From: Ktedonobacteraceae bacterium
GTDB lineage: Bacteria; Chloroflexota; Ktedonobacteria; Ktedonobacterales; Ktedonobacteraceae
NCBI GenBank assembly: GCA_035493895.1
Contig: DATJHM010000048.1
Location: 725 to 64,724 of the forward strand
Reading direction: 5' to 3'
DNA: 64,000 nt
Below are positions 23,175 through 33,071 of this stretch, piece after piece; position 1 is the stretch's first letter, and each line of letters starts with the position of its first letter. The position numbers were made by a program, and so were the translations under genes. Below the pieces are notes generated by a model. The model searched no databases. It was not told where the DNA came from and saw nothing but the letters and a program-made list of their open reading frames with translations.

Positions 23175-23651
23175 ATGCTAGGAAGGCGCGATATGACTGA
23201 TGTTGTGAGTTCGTCGGGAAATACACGTTTGTTTCGTGTTGGCGTATACGCAGTGATTTTTGCTGGCACGAAGGTGCTGCTGGCGTTGCGCCGGGATATT
23301 GCGTGGTGGAATCTTCCTGGTGGCGGTATGGAGCCAGGAGAGACGGTGGAGGAAGCCATGCGTCGTGAGGTGAGAGAGGAGACGGGTCTGGAGGTTGAGG
23401 TCGAGAGTCTGGTTGGTGTCTACTCCAAACCACAGAAGCAGGAGGTCGTGTTGACCTTTCGTTGCCGCATCGTGGGCGGACACTTGCAAGAGACGGATGA
23501 GTCGCGAGAATGTCGCTTCTTTCTCCCAGGAGAGATGCCAATGAATACGCTTCCCAAGCATCGGCAGCGCGTCGAAGATGCATTGCAAAACCGACCTGAA
23601 GCGATCATCCGGACACAGAGTAGCACTTCGCAGGAAGATCAGCTGTTGTAG
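23175..23651 (+). CDS. NUDIX hydrolase
   Basis: Nudix box GGGMEPGETVEEAMRREVREETGL. An alternative start is at 23193. Confidence 0.85.
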   Translation: MLGRRDMTDVVSSSGNTRLFRVGVYAVIFAGTKVLLALRRDIAWWNLPGGGMEPGETVEEAMRREVREETGLEVEVESLVGVYSKPQKQEVVLTFRCRIVGGHLQETDESRECRFFLPGEMPMNTLPKHRQRVEDALQNRPEAIIRTQSSTSQEDQLL

Positions 23652-23726
23652 CGATTTTGTCCGGCATGATATTATGTTGATCAAAATCGCTTTAGACTAC
23701 AAAACTACAAGGAAAAGATCTGCCAT

Positions 23727-24830
23727 ATGCAAGACATTCGTCTCAATCGTTGGGCTCATACCCTTGTGCACTATTGTCTCTCGCTACGTGCGGGCGAAAC
23801 CGTTGCGATCTATGCCACTCCCACGGCCTCTCCCCTCGTCGAGGCAGTTTACCGCGAAGTATTGCGCGTGGGAGCTTATCCGGTCCCGGTGATTGCGCTG
23901 GAGGGTCTGGAGGAGATTCTTCTGCGCGAGGGTAACGATGACCAGCTCTCGCACATCTCGCCCGTGCAGGAATTGCTGGCCGAACGCGCCGATGCTCGCC
24001 TCTCGATTCACTCTCAGAATAGCCCCCACGCACTGAGCAACATCGATCCTGCTCGCGCTGCCAGACGCCATCGCGCCTCCCGCAGCCTTGCCGGTACCTC
24101 ACAACGCCGCGAACAGGCGGGCGCGTTCCGCTGGTGTCTGACACTCTACCCCACCAATGGCTATGCTCAGGATGCCAATATGTCGTTAAGCGAGTTCGAA
24201 GAGTTCGTCTTTGACGTTTGCTTTCTGAATGATCCAGATCCTATCGCGCGCTGGCAAGAGCTTTCTCAGCAGCAGCAGCGCCTCGTCGACTGGCTGGTGG
24301 GGCGCAAGCAGGTGCATATCGTCGGCCCGGGCACCGATCTCACGCTCTCTATTGCTGATCGGCGCTTTATTAATAGCGATGGCAAACGCAATTTCCCCAG
24401 CGGCGAGTTCTTTACGGGACCCGTTGAGAACAGCGCCAATGGCGTGGTCCAGTTTGCGATTCCCGCTGCCTACAATGGTCATGCCGTTGAGGGCGTGCGT
24501 CTCGTCTTCCAGGAAGGCAAAGTGGTGGAAGCCAGTGCAAGCCAGGGTCAGGACTTCTTGCAGCAAATGTTAGAGCTCGATGAGGGTGCGCGCTATCTGG
24601 GCGAGTTTGCCTTCGGCAACAATGTCCGCGTCACCCATGCCTCGAAAAACATTCTGTTCGACGAGAAAATGGGTGGCACTATCCATATGGCGCTTGGGAA
24701 CGGCTATCCCGAAACCGGCAGTCTCAACCATTCCGTACTGCACTGGGATATGATCTGCGATCTACGTAGTCAGGGCGAAGTCTGGATCGATGGCATTCTT
24801 TTCCTCAAAGATGGGAAATTTGTCGTTTAA
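23727..24830 (+). CDS. aminopeptidase, M29 (AmpS/PepS) family
   Basis: 367 aa. The N-terminus RLNRWAHTLVHYCLSLRAGETVAIYATPTASPLVEAVYREVLRVGAYP is typical of thermophilic M29 aminopeptidases. Confidence 0.75.
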   Translation: MQDIRLNRWAHTLVHYCLSLRAGETVAIYATPTASPLVEAVYREVLRVGAYPVPVIALEGLEEILLREGNDDQLSHISPVQELLAERADARLSIHSQNSPHALSNIDPARAARRHRASRSLAGTSQRREQAGAFRWCLTLYPTNGYAQDANMSLSEFEEFVFDVCFLNDPDPIARWQELSQQQQRLVDWLVGRKQVHIVGPGTDLTLSIADRRFINSDGKRNFPSGEFFTGPVENSANGVVQFAIPAAYNGHAVEGVRLVFQEGKVVEASASQGQDFLQQMLELDEGARYLGEFAFGNNVRVTHASKNILFDEKMGGTIHMALGNGYPETGSLNHSVLHWDMICDLRSQGEVWIDGILFLKDGKFVV

Positions 24831-24842
24831 ATAGATAGTATT

Positions 24843-24883
24843 TTTTGCAGGGGATACAATACTATCAGTATCCCCTTGCAAAA
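24843..24883 (+). terminator. Rho-independent terminator candidate after the aminopeptidase gene
   Basis: TTTTGCAGGGGATAC ... GTATCCCCTTGCAAAA forms an inverted repeat with flanking T/A runs. Confidence 0.6.
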
Positions 24884-24906
24884 CAGGAATGAGGAGGAGA
24901 GCGGAT

Positions 24907-25701
24907 ATGGATCTCGGTCTGAAAGGCAAAGTTGCGCTTGTGCTTGCCGCGAGTAAGGGATTGGGACGCGCCAGTGCGCAGACGCTTGCGTCTGAGGGTG
25001 CATCTGTCGTGATTGGCTCGCGTGATAAAGACGCGCTGGCGCAGGCAGCACAGGATATTGAGCATGCGAGTGGGAGCAAAGTTCTGCCCATTCCTGTGGA
25101 TGTGACGAAGCCAGAGGAACTGGAGGCGTTTGTTGCGGCCGCGCACCGCGCGTTTGGCCGCATCGATATCCTGGTGAACAATGCCGGTGGTCCTCCCGTC
25201 GGAACATTTGACTCTTTTAACGATGCTCAATGGCAGGCCGCATTCGAACTGACTCTCCTCAGTGTCATACGCCTGACGCGCCTTGTGCTTCCGTCTATGC
25301 GTACAACTGGCAGCGGACGTATTATCAATATCGTCAGCACATCTGTGAAGCAGCCGATTGATAATTTGTTGCTCTCGAATGCGATCCGGCCTGCTGTGAT
25401 CGGGCTGGCAAAGTCGCTCTCGAACGAACTTGCTCCCGATAATATCACCGTGAACAATGTTTGCCCTGGTCGCATCCTCACGGATCGTTTGCTGGCAGGA
25501 CATCACATGCAGGGACAATTGGCGAAGGGCGTCAGCCCGCAAGTGGTGCTCGACGCGATTGCGCAGGATATCCCTCTCAAGCGTCTGGGCAAGCCCGAAG
25601 AGTTAGCCTCTCTGGTCGCATTTCTGGCCTCGGAGCAGGCGGCGTATATTACAGGCACGACGACGCAGGTTGATGGAGGGCTCGTACGGTCACTGTTCTG
25701 A
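24907..25701 (+). CDS. SDR family oxidoreductase (FabG-like)
   Basis: LKGKVALVLAASKGLGRASA (TGxxxGxG-like), NNAG, and a YxxxK region. The ATG at 24907 lies 7 nt after GAGGAGGAG. Confidence 0.85.
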   Translation: MDLGLKGKVALVLAASKGLGRASAQTLASEGASVVIGSRDKDALAQAAQDIEHASGSKVLPIPVDVTKPEELEAFVAAAHRAFGRIDILVNNAGGPPVGTFDSFNDAQWQAAFELTLLSVIRLTRLVLPSMRTTGSGRIINIVSTSVKQPIDNLLLSNAIRPAVIGLAKSLSNELAPDNITVNNVCPGRILTDRLLAGHHMQGQLAKGVSPQVVLDAIAQDIPLKRLGKPEELASLVAFLASEQAAYITGTTTQVDGGLVRSLF

Positions 25702-25944
25702 TTGTTTCCGTTTATTCACTATACTTGACATATTTGAATATATGTTCTATATTACTCTATAGTTCGAAAAAAATCACACACTACTATCGTGCGGCGTATG
25801 TTTGCTTTCTGCTCTCCAACACGTGAGCGCGATAGTATCCGGTCGTGCCTGTTTTACCAGGATGTTTCTGTCTTTTCAATGCTTGCATGATACAATGGGC
25901 TACTTCGCGATATGGCACTATGCCAGAAAGCAGGGTTGTGATTT

Positions 25945-26265
25945 ATGTCTGATGATATGTATACTCCGTGGGGAATAGTGCGGGTAAAACAGCAGCTTGC
26001 GGAGGATGTGTTTCTGGTGCAAACGCCCGACGAGCAACATGGTGGTATTCTGATCTCTACCACCAGAGCCGAAGAGATCCTCAGTGATAAAGCGCGTACG
26101 ATCGGCCAGATCTGGCAGGAATTTCTGGCATTTGAGCAGGAATCGGCGATGATGGTGGTGTTCTATGAACATCCCGAACTCTATCCATGGGTTGAGGAGG
26201 ATTTGACGGCGCGTTTTGCGGAGGAGAGTGTGCGCGAGGGCTATCCTGGCTACTTTATCGCGTGA
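25945..26265 (+). CDS. hypothetical protein (106 aa)
   Basis: Clean ORF with acidic composition. It overlaps the 3' end of the convergent nuclease gene by 11 nt. I recognised no family. Confidence 0.45.
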   Translation: MSDDMYTPWGIVRVKQQLAEDVFLVQTPDEQHGGILISTTRAEEILSDKARTIGQIWQEFLAFEQESAMMVVFYEHPELYPWVEEDLTARFAEESVREGYPGYFIA

Positions 26266-27592
26266 TCTGTTTCCACCTGATAGTTTCTTTGAAGCGATCG
26301 AAGGCCGTTTTCGCCAGGAGATAACATTCCTGTCCGGTAATTGGCATCGATCCCACCTGTACCTGAATGGCATGTGCTGGCAGCTCTGTCAGCTGTGCGC
26401 GCCTACATTCATGCTCAGGCGATTGCCATGCGTAGCCACTTTTCATTGCCCAGTTGAGATAAAAAATGCACTCAATCAGGGCCATAAGGGCTTCCCGGTA
26501 ATCGCTGGGTTCTAACTGGTACTGGCAACCATCGTTTAAGTTGTAGAGAATCAGCTCCACAGGCTGACATAGGGACATTGGAATTTCTTGAAGTAAGCCG
26601 CGCGCCTCTTTGTACTGCGCGTTTTTGTTCCAGCGCGTCTGAAATGCGAGCCAGTAGGTCATGAGCTGCATTGCATGCGCGTGGGTAGGTTGTATGACTT
26701 CATTCGTCTCCTCCTCTTCCTCCGTGAGTTCCGCGAAGAGACCCGGGAGACTGGTCGCCGCTTTCTTTTTCCCACCCAGACCTTTTTTAAATTCGATAAT
26801 CGCCGGTATACCCTGCTGCTTGCGGGGGTCCTGTCCCTGTTCATGGCGCAGACGAATCTGGTCAAACTCTCCGATCAGGCAGACATAACCACCTCTATCT
26901 GGATGCTCTGCAAACGTGTTTTTTGTCGAGATCAGCTTGCATTGGAAGCGCTCCGAAGCGGTAAAAACGGTCGTATTGGTTTTTGCCAGCTCCTGCTGAT
27001 AACGGAGGATTGGCGCGCTTATGGTCGTCGCGAGCGTCCTTTTATCGTAGCTCAGCTCATTGAAAAATATCGCCAGATTCATCTTTCCGGCCTGCTGCAA
27101 TGCCTGAAGAAGATCCTGCTGGATAAATCGTGCAAGTGCATCAGTATTATCGAGTAGACGTATACGTAGATCTTGTGCAAGCGGACCTTTCTCGTCGTGC
27201 AGCACGTTCACGATGGTATGGAGAAGGGTGCCTACCATTCGTGGATCCGGGCACCCTTTGCCAAAAAGCGTTGTCTGTCGCGCTTGCATCATTTGTGTGG
27301 GCTCTTTTGTGCGCTTCTTTCGCTTTTGCACCAGCATACACCATGGGCATTCCAGGTAAGAAGCGAGCGAGGAATAGCTGACGGGACTGAGCACAAAAGG
27401 GTTGCGCACACGCTGAATTTTGAAGAGATTGTCGTAATTGAAGCTGACGGAGAGGGGAAGAGGCTGAGATGCCGCCTGAGCAGCAGTCAAAATGTGTGGA
27501 GTACCGATTAGCTTGCCTCTTTTCTCATTTTTGGCTGTCCTTGCATAGTGAGATCTTACAAAGCAAAACTCCGACTTCAGCCTATATTTCAA
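26255..27592 (-). CDS. PD-(D/E)XK nuclease superfamily protein (RecB/Cas4-like fold), start uncertain
   Basis: VSYSSLASYLECPWCM matches the N-terminal motif of PDDEXK_1 proteins. IGEFDQIRL...AIIEFKKG gives the D...ExK catalytic signature. The ORF-track start is a TTG. Confidence 0.6.
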   Translation of the reverse strand: MKYRLKSEFCFVRSHYARTAKNEKRGKLIGTPHILTAAQAASQPLPLSVSFNYDNLFKIQRVRNPFVLSPVSYSSLASYLECPWCMLVQKRKKRTKEPTQMMQARQTTLFGKGCPDPRMVGTLLHTIVNVLHDEKGPLAQDLRIRLLDNTDALARFIQQDLLQALQQAGKMNLAIFFNELSYDKRTLATTISAPILRYQQELAKTNTTVFTASERFQCKLISTKNTFAEHPDRGGYVCLIGEFDQIRLRHEQGQDPRKQQGIPAIIEFKKGLGGKKKAATSLPGLFAELTEEEEETNEVIQPTHAHAMQLMTYWLAFQTRWNKNAQYKEARGLLQEIPMSLCQPVELILYNLNDGCQYQLEPSDYREALMALIECIFYLNWAMKSGYAWQSPEHECRRAQLTELPAHAIQVQVGSMPITGQECYLLAKTAFDRFKETIRWKQITR

Positions 27593-27869
27593 CTATAACA
27601 TAGAAATGCATACTATGTCAAGTTATATCTTTTATGATTATGATGCTGTTGCAAAATTGCTGTTTATGTAGGTCGCGAAATGAATAAGTGGCACGAATCT
27701 ACATGAAACTCTCTGAAAATTATATCATTTATAGATGGGCTGTATGCGTAGCGGCGGGGTTGATCTCCAATGTCACGTAGATAACGTCTGTACCCGGTCA
27801 AACGTCATCGCCCCCGTTCGAACCGCTCCCCAGGCTCGCCCGGAACGCGTAGTACTCAGACAAATCTCA

Positions 27870-28225
27870 TTGCACCCGTTTGGGCAACCCTCGAAAAGGC
27901 TCCCCAGGCCAGTAGGGACGCCATGGAGGCACGGAATGGCGTCCGGGAACTCGCGCGATCCCGTTCGCTCCGCAGACGTGGCGTTGCACCCTTCCACCAT
28001 TTTGCGTGCCACAGAAAACGTGTGCCATAACGTTTGACGGCGTCCCACTGGTCTGCCAGGCGTCATGGTGTCTTTTCTCCCGCCAGGGACATGCGCTCGA
28101 GAAGCTCGTAGAAGGGCGAGATGGTCGGTGGGGGCGGACGCCATTCGCCATGGTGCCCCTACTGAGAAAAGATGCCACGACGGAAATGATGGGAGATTCT
28201 CTTTCTCTCCGTGACAGTGCGGCTT
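27870..28225. repeat. Composite repeat Y, copy 1 (REP family a head, then GAACTCGCG...GCTCCGCAGACG body, GGCGAGATGGNCGGTGGGGGCGGA box, second REP)
   Basis: About 88% identical by eye to 28648-28995. It contains REPs at 27912-27945 and 28136-28162. Confidence 0.75.
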
Positions 28226-28239
28226 GTCTCATAAACTCC

Positions 28240-28542
28240 AACACATTCATGCCCCAAAAAAAGAATCTCGCAGAGACTCTTCAGAAATCTCACCATACGC
28301 CGAATATACCTATTAGGAGGGGCAAACACTCCCTACCGCCCGGCACTCACACCCACGATGTCGCCTGAAAGAGGGACAGTGCAACATCGGCATGGGGACA
28401 CGTGCAGTGCTAATATAGGGGAGCGTGCCAGGAGAAGATCTCGCTGCAATCGGCATCAGTGTAGGTGATGTAGGATGTGTAGCATTTTAGGAAAAAGCGT
28501 GGTAGCGCATCAGTGTAGGTGATGTAGGATGTGTAGCATTTT
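28240..28542 (+). repeat. Repeat family X, copy C (partial), with a perfect 35-nt direct repeat
   Basis: Homologous to 10577-10969. CATCAGTGTAGGTGATGTAGGATGTGTAGCATTTT occurs twice, at 28454-28488 and 28508-28542. Confidence 0.7.
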
Positions 28543-28647
28543 GGAGATTCCTGTATGGATTTTGTGACATCGCTGCTTGTCTGCGACCGGGCCGATTCCA
28601 ACAAATTCACGTAGAGAAGGCGAATCTCCGATCAATTTCGTCGCATC

Positions 28648-28995
28648 CGGTCAAACGTTGCACCCGTTGGCACCGCTCCCCAGGCCAGTAGGGACGCCAT
28701 GGAGGCACGGAATGGCGTCCGCGAACTCGCGTGATCCCGTTGGCTCCGCAGACGTGGCGTTGCGCCCTTTCCACGGTTTCGTGTGCCACCGAAAATGTGT
28801 GCCATGACCTTTGACGGCGTCCCACTGGTCTCTCAAGCGTCATGGTGTCTTTTCTCCCACCAGGAACATGCGCTCGAGAAGCTTCTAGAAAGGCGAGATG
28901 GCCGGTGGGGGCGGACTGAGAAAAGATGTAACGAAGGTGGTCAGAGCACGACGGAAATGATGGGAGATTCCCCTTCTTTCCGTAACATTGCCCCA
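28648..28995. repeat. Composite repeat Y, copy 2 (lacks the second REP hairpin)
   Basis: The body matches 27870-28225, with a REP at 28688-28721. At 28916/28917 the 23-nt REP present in copy 1 (28140-28162) is precisely absent. Confidence 0.75.
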
Positions 28996-29066
28996 ATGCT
29001 ACGAATGGTGCGCGTAGGACGGATGGTCTCCGCCCTACGCTAAATGTCCATTCAGAGATGAATGTT

Positions 29067-30602
29067 CTACGGCAGGGAGTTAAGGTGCGGCTTGACCGTA
29101 TTGGCATAGTTGTAGCCGTTGGAGGCGTCCCAGTTGATGGCCCAGGTCATCGCTCCACGAAGGCCAGGGTACGTGGTCGATGGCTTAAATGAGCCACAAT
29201 TGGTGCCCAGCTCCAGACAATCAAGCGCGGCATTGACCACCGATGGCGCGATATAGCCACCGCCAGCAGCCGTCGTTGCCGGGGTCCCGATGCCAACCTG
29301 GTCCGGACGCAGTCCACCTTGCAACTGAATACATGCCAGAGCGGTCAGGAAATTCTCGGTGCCCGACGCGTAGACGTTGCCATCGCAGCCAAGCATCGTG
29401 CCTGAGTTATAGTACTGCATATTGACGATCGTGAGGATGTTCTTGATGTTCAACGCGAGCTGGAAGTAGGAGCCTGACGTCGATTGCATATCGATGGTCT
29501 GCGGGGCCAGCGTAATGATCAGGCTGGAACCGGCCTTTGCGGACAATTGCTGCAATGCGCTTGCCATATAGGTCGCGTTGACGCCATTCTCAAGATCGAT
29601 ATCGACGCCATCGAATTTGTAGGTCGTCATCAGCGAATACACGCTATTGGCGAAGTTGGCGGCGCTGGTCGAGTCGGCGACACTGATCGTCCCATTTTGA
29701 CCGCCAACCGAGATGATCACTTTCTTGCCCTGTGCATGCAGCGTGGCGATATCGCTGGTGAACTGAGCATCGCTATAGCCACCGAGTGCCGACGAGAGTG
29801 CCGGGTCGACGCTGAATGTGACTCCACCGGGTTTGGTTGGATCGGCGTTAGCGAAAGCGACGGCGATGAGATCGTAATTAGCGTTGACCGCGCTCAGACG
29901 CAAGGCCGTTGCGCCGTTCGTGAAATCTTGCCAGTAACCGGTCAGCACATGTTTGGGCAGGCTTCCACCGCAGTTCGTGCATGGCGTAGGCGTAGCTGTA
30001 GGGATTGTTGTGGGCGTTGGTGTGGGGGGCGTGGTAGTAGGCGTGGTGGTTGGCCTCGGTGTGGGTGTATTCGTTGGCACAGGCGTCGGGGTACTGGTGC
30101 CTCCCGGGCCGGTGAGTGCTACATCGTCGACGAGGACGCTGGCCTGCGCATACCAGCCATGGACATAAATAGTAACGCTGCTGGTTGAGGCCGTCGTTGT
30201 GAACGTATACGAGAGTGCGGTATAGCTGCTGCTGTTGGTCCAGGTGTTACTGTAGTTATTGACGCCGAGATAGGCATAGGGACCACTCACGTAGGCGCTC
30301 AAGGTATAGGCGGTGTTGGGCTGGACGCTGATGGTCTGGGCACACTGTCCAGTCGTGGCACTGGTCGGGTTCATTTGTAGCGCGTAAGATCCGCTGTGGA
30401 CCGGGCTGCCGACGGTCGTGTCGCCGGAATCGCAGGTCCAGCCGCTCAACGTCCCGGTCTCGAACCCTGGATTGGTGGCCAGGTTGTTGGAAGCGGCAAA
30501 CGCGGGAGATACCGAATTGAAGAACAGGATGGCACCAATGCTCCCAATGAGCAGCATGCCAGTAACGGAGATGAGCATGAGATGACGATAGGAACGCTGC
30601 AT
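29067..30602 (-). CDS. secreted GH18 chitinase with N-terminal carbohydrate-binding module and Pro/Thr linker
   Basis: Signal/TM segment, a CBM-like NLATNPGFETGTLSGW, a linker TPTPVPTNTPTPRPTTTPTTTPPTPTPT, and the GH18 catalytic motif FDGVDIDLE (DxxDxDxE). Confidence 0.9.
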   Translation of the reverse strand: MQRSYRHLMLISVTGMLLIGSIGAILFFNSVSPAFAASNNLATNPGFETGTLSGWTCDSGDTTVGSPVHSGSYALQMNPTSATTGQCAQTISVQPNTAYTLSAYVSGPYAYLGVNNYSNTWTNSSSYTALSYTFTTTASTSSVTIYVHGWYAQASVLVDDVALTGPGGTSTPTPVPTNTPTPRPTTTPTTTPPTPTPTTIPTATPTPCTNCGGSLPKHVLTGYWQDFTNGATALRLSAVNANYDLIAVAFANADPTKPGGVTFSVDPALSSALGGYSDAQFTSDIATLHAQGKKVIISVGGQNGTISVADSTSAANFANSVYSLMTTYKFDGVDIDLENGVNATYMASALQQLSAKAGSSLIITLAPQTIDMQSTSGSYFQLALNIKNILTIVNMQYYNSGTMLGCDGNVYASGTENFLTALACIQLQGGLRPDQVGIGTPATTAAGGGYIAPSVVNAALDCLELGTNCGSFKPSTTYPGLRGAMTWAINWDASNGYNYANTVKPHLNSLP

Positions 30603-30998
30603 GTTTAGCTCTCCTTGCGATCATGCGCATAGTCCTCATCCAATAGGGATGAGCTGATCCATATCAATTGCTAATGCCATACGCGATAGGGATAGGAGGG
30701 GTGCATAAAAAATAGGCTTTCAGGGGTAATAGCCGATAACGTCGACCGGTATGGCACCAGGCTCTACAAGCAAGAATAGTAGGTTATGGTTATATTGTCA
30801 AGTTATCTATACCAGTTGGGCTAGAGATTTTCGAGTGTTGAAATGCTTCTCAACAAAGAGAGATCCATACAATCTCCGTTAATGGCTTGTTAAGCCTGAG
30901 ATATACGCTTGTCAGGCTTGACGAAAGGATTCTCACGTGCATACTCTGAAAGAAAGTGCAGAAATGCAGAGTGATGTTAGCTCTGGAAAGGCGGGTCT

Positions 30999-32117
30999 AT
31001 GAGCACGAATCGTGCCACGGAGGTCATTATCATTGGGGGAGGAGTGATCGGCTCTTCTATTGCCTATTATTTGCGCAAGCGTGGTGCGGAGGTTGCGGTT
31101 GTCGAGAAAGGCGTTGTTGCGGCTGAAGCATCCAGTGCCGCAGCGGGTCTGATAGCGCCACTGGATGGGCTCTTCGAATCGGAGGCATTTGCGCGTCTGG
31201 TGCTGGAGAGCTGGTTTTCATTTCCCGATCTTATTGCAACGCTCGAAGAGATGACCGGCGTAGGGGTAGAATTCTATCACCCGGGCTCTATTCGTATCGC
31301 ACGGAAAAGTGAGCACGAACAGGTACAGACGTACATGAAGACCTGGAAGCAGCATAACTTGCCAGCGACGTGGCTCACGGGAGATGAGGCGCGAGCACAG
31401 GAACCGTTGCTCTATGCTGGAGCTGAAGCAGCCATTTTTGGACCTCAGGAGGCGAGTCTCAAGCCTGAACTGCTGACCAGAGCCTATGCTGAAGCTGCAC
31501 GCAAACTGGGGGTGCATTTCTACGAACATACCGAGGTCACGGGTATTGTGCGTAGCGCTTCTCGCGTTACTGGCGTAAAAACGGCCTCTGGCGAAACGAT
31601 TACCGGTAGTCATCTGGTGATCGCTACGGGAGCATGGGCGGCGCATTGTGGGGAGTGGTTGGATGTGCCTTTGCCCGTGAGCCCTTTGCGTGGTCAGATC
31701 CTCGCGCTCAAGCAGCCTGAAGTACCATTGCAACGTATCATCTTTGCCAACGGTATCTACCTCGTGCCGAAGCTCGATAATACCATCTACGTCGGTGCAT
31801 CACTTGAGCATGCCGGTTTCGATAAAGCGATCACCGCTGGGCGTATCGCTGAACTGCTGACCAGCGCCATTGCGGTCGTACCCTCGCTTGAGGATGCCCC
31901 CATTGCGCGCATCTGGGCTGGCCTACGCCCCTGGTCGTCGGATGGCAAGCCCATCATGGGGAAAGCGCCCAACTGGGAGAATGTCACAGTGGCGACCGGT
32001 CATGGTGCGATGGGCATTAGCTTGAGTCCGGTGACGGGTCAGGCGATGGCCGAGCTCATCACCACGGGACAGACGCCAGAAATCCTGCGTCCCTTTGGTG
32101 TCGAGCGGTTTATGTAA
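30999..32117 (+). CDS. FAD-dependent oxidoreductase, glycine oxidase (ThiO)-like
   Basis: VIIIGGGVIGSSIAYYLRKRG dinucleotide-binding motif, DAO-family length (372 aa), and a C-terminal HGAMGISLSP. Confidence 0.75.
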   Translation: MSTNRATEVIIIGGGVIGSSIAYYLRKRGAEVAVVEKGVVAAEASSAAAGLIAPLDGLFESEAFARLVLESWFSFPDLIATLEEMTGVGVEFYHPGSIRIARKSEHEQVQTYMKTWKQHNLPATWLTGDEARAQEPLLYAGAEAAIFGPQEASLKPELLTRAYAEAARKLGVHFYEHTEVTGIVRSASRVTGVKTASGETITGSHLVIATGAWAAHCGEWLDVPLPVSPLRGQILALKQPEVPLQRIIFANGIYLVPKLDNTIYVGASLEHAGFDKAITAGRIAELLTSAIAVVPSLEDAPIARIWAGLRPWSSDGKPIMGKAPNWENVTVATGHGAMGISLSPVTGQAMAELITTGQTPEILRPFGVERFM

Positions 32118-32119
32118 AT

Positions 32120-32157
32120 AAACTGGCAGGGGAAATTGCTTGTTTCCCTGCCAGTTT
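32120..32157 (+). terminator. Rho-independent terminator candidate
   Basis: AAACTGGCAGGGGAAA ... TTTCCCTGCCAGTTT lies immediately after the stop at 32117. Confidence 0.65.
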
Positions 32158-32471
32158 CGATGTTGCCGATTGCCAATCTGATAGATCGGGTAGTGGATAT
32201 GCTATGGAAAAACAAAGCGCAGGAGGAATAATCCAGCAAGAACATTTTGCTGATGGTGAGCGCAGACGTCATTACCTATCTCATCTGACAGCGATGAAAC
32301 TCGATGCGGCAACGTTCTGGGGAAACGTCTTGTGGGGGAGAGATGATCGTATTGTCGTTCCTCTTGTACGTCGCCACATCACCATGTTTTGATGATGTGG
32401 CGACGTTTGCCCTGTTACAACAGGAGCGTCCTTCTCTCAAACATATACGTCTTCTTATTCATGGAAAAACG

Positions 32472-33071
32472 CTAAGCTCGTGGACCCGTGGGCAGCAGGA
32501 AGGGTGCCTTCACCGTCGTGAGCAGACCGGCCAGGGCCGTGTACCAGGCAGCAAGGGCCGTCAGAATACCAAGCCAGCCACCAATCATCGTTAATGCGGC
32601 GCTACCTGCAAGCGCGCCAATCGCAAGGGCCAGGAACGTAAGAAAAAGAAGACCAAAGACAGTCATAAGAGCGAGGTTACTGCGCAGCGTGCCTATGAAC
32701 ATGAGCCCGGTAAAGATGGCCCAACCAAGTAAAAAGAAACCGAAGGCCGTGTCATTGGGAATCAATTTGAACCAGAGTGCGGCACCCGTGGCGAGCCAGA
32801 ATGCACCGTAAGAGCTAAATGCGGTCCCACCAAACGTATTGCCAACGCGGAATTCCCACATGCCAGCCAGTAATTGTGCGAGCCCTCCATAAAAGATGGC
32901 CAGACTAATCACAACGGTGGCACCAACAAACCAGCCTGCATTTGCCGCACTGAGGACGAACGTTGTCAGGGCAAATGCGGAGAGACCAAGTGGAGCGGGA
33001 TTGGTCGTTGCGACGACCGCTGTTCCTGTGCTTTCAGCATTGTAAGCAGCTTGAGCCATGACGTATCTCAC
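32472..33071 (-). CDS. satP: acetate/succinate uptake channel, GPR1/FUN34/YaaH (SatP) family
   Basis: NPAPLGL signature and six TM helices in 199 aa. An alternative start is at 33059. Confidence 0.8.
   Translation of the reverse strand: MRYVMAQAAYNAESTGTAVVATTNPAPLGLSAFALTTFVLSAANAGWFVGATVVISLAIFYGGLAQLLAGMWEFRVGNTFGGTAFSSYGAFWLATGAALWFKLIPNDTAFGFFLLGWAIFTGLMFIGTLRSNLALMTVFGLLFLTFLALAIGALAGSAALTMIGGWLGILTALAAWYTALAGLLTTVKAPFLLPTGPRA

Noticed and set aside
27735-29107. ORFs inside the repeat clusters: 27735-28037, 27773-28144, 27867-28250, 28006-28368, 28577-28807 and 28607-29107. Also 16464-16856, 16770-17048, 46166-46552, 53637-54134 and 10680-11033.
   Set aside because: They run across REP hairpins and dispersed repeats in both strands. 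The recurring peptides (for example VGTPWRHGMAS) simply reflect repeated DNA, and indels between copies are not multiples of three.
30840-30998. A possible TPP riboswitch upstream of the ThiO-like gene, based on a CUGAGA motif at about 30897.
   Set aside because: Only the CUGAGA hexamer is present. I could not find the ACCUGAUCUGGAUAAUGCCAGC pyrimidine-sensor helix or the overall P1-P5 pairing.
32204-32392. 62-aa ORF between the ThiO-like gene and satP, ending at a 14-bp hairpin (32368-32405).
   Set aside because: It has no convincing RBS and no recognisable family, and the hairpin can equally serve as the satP terminator region. This is too weak to call.
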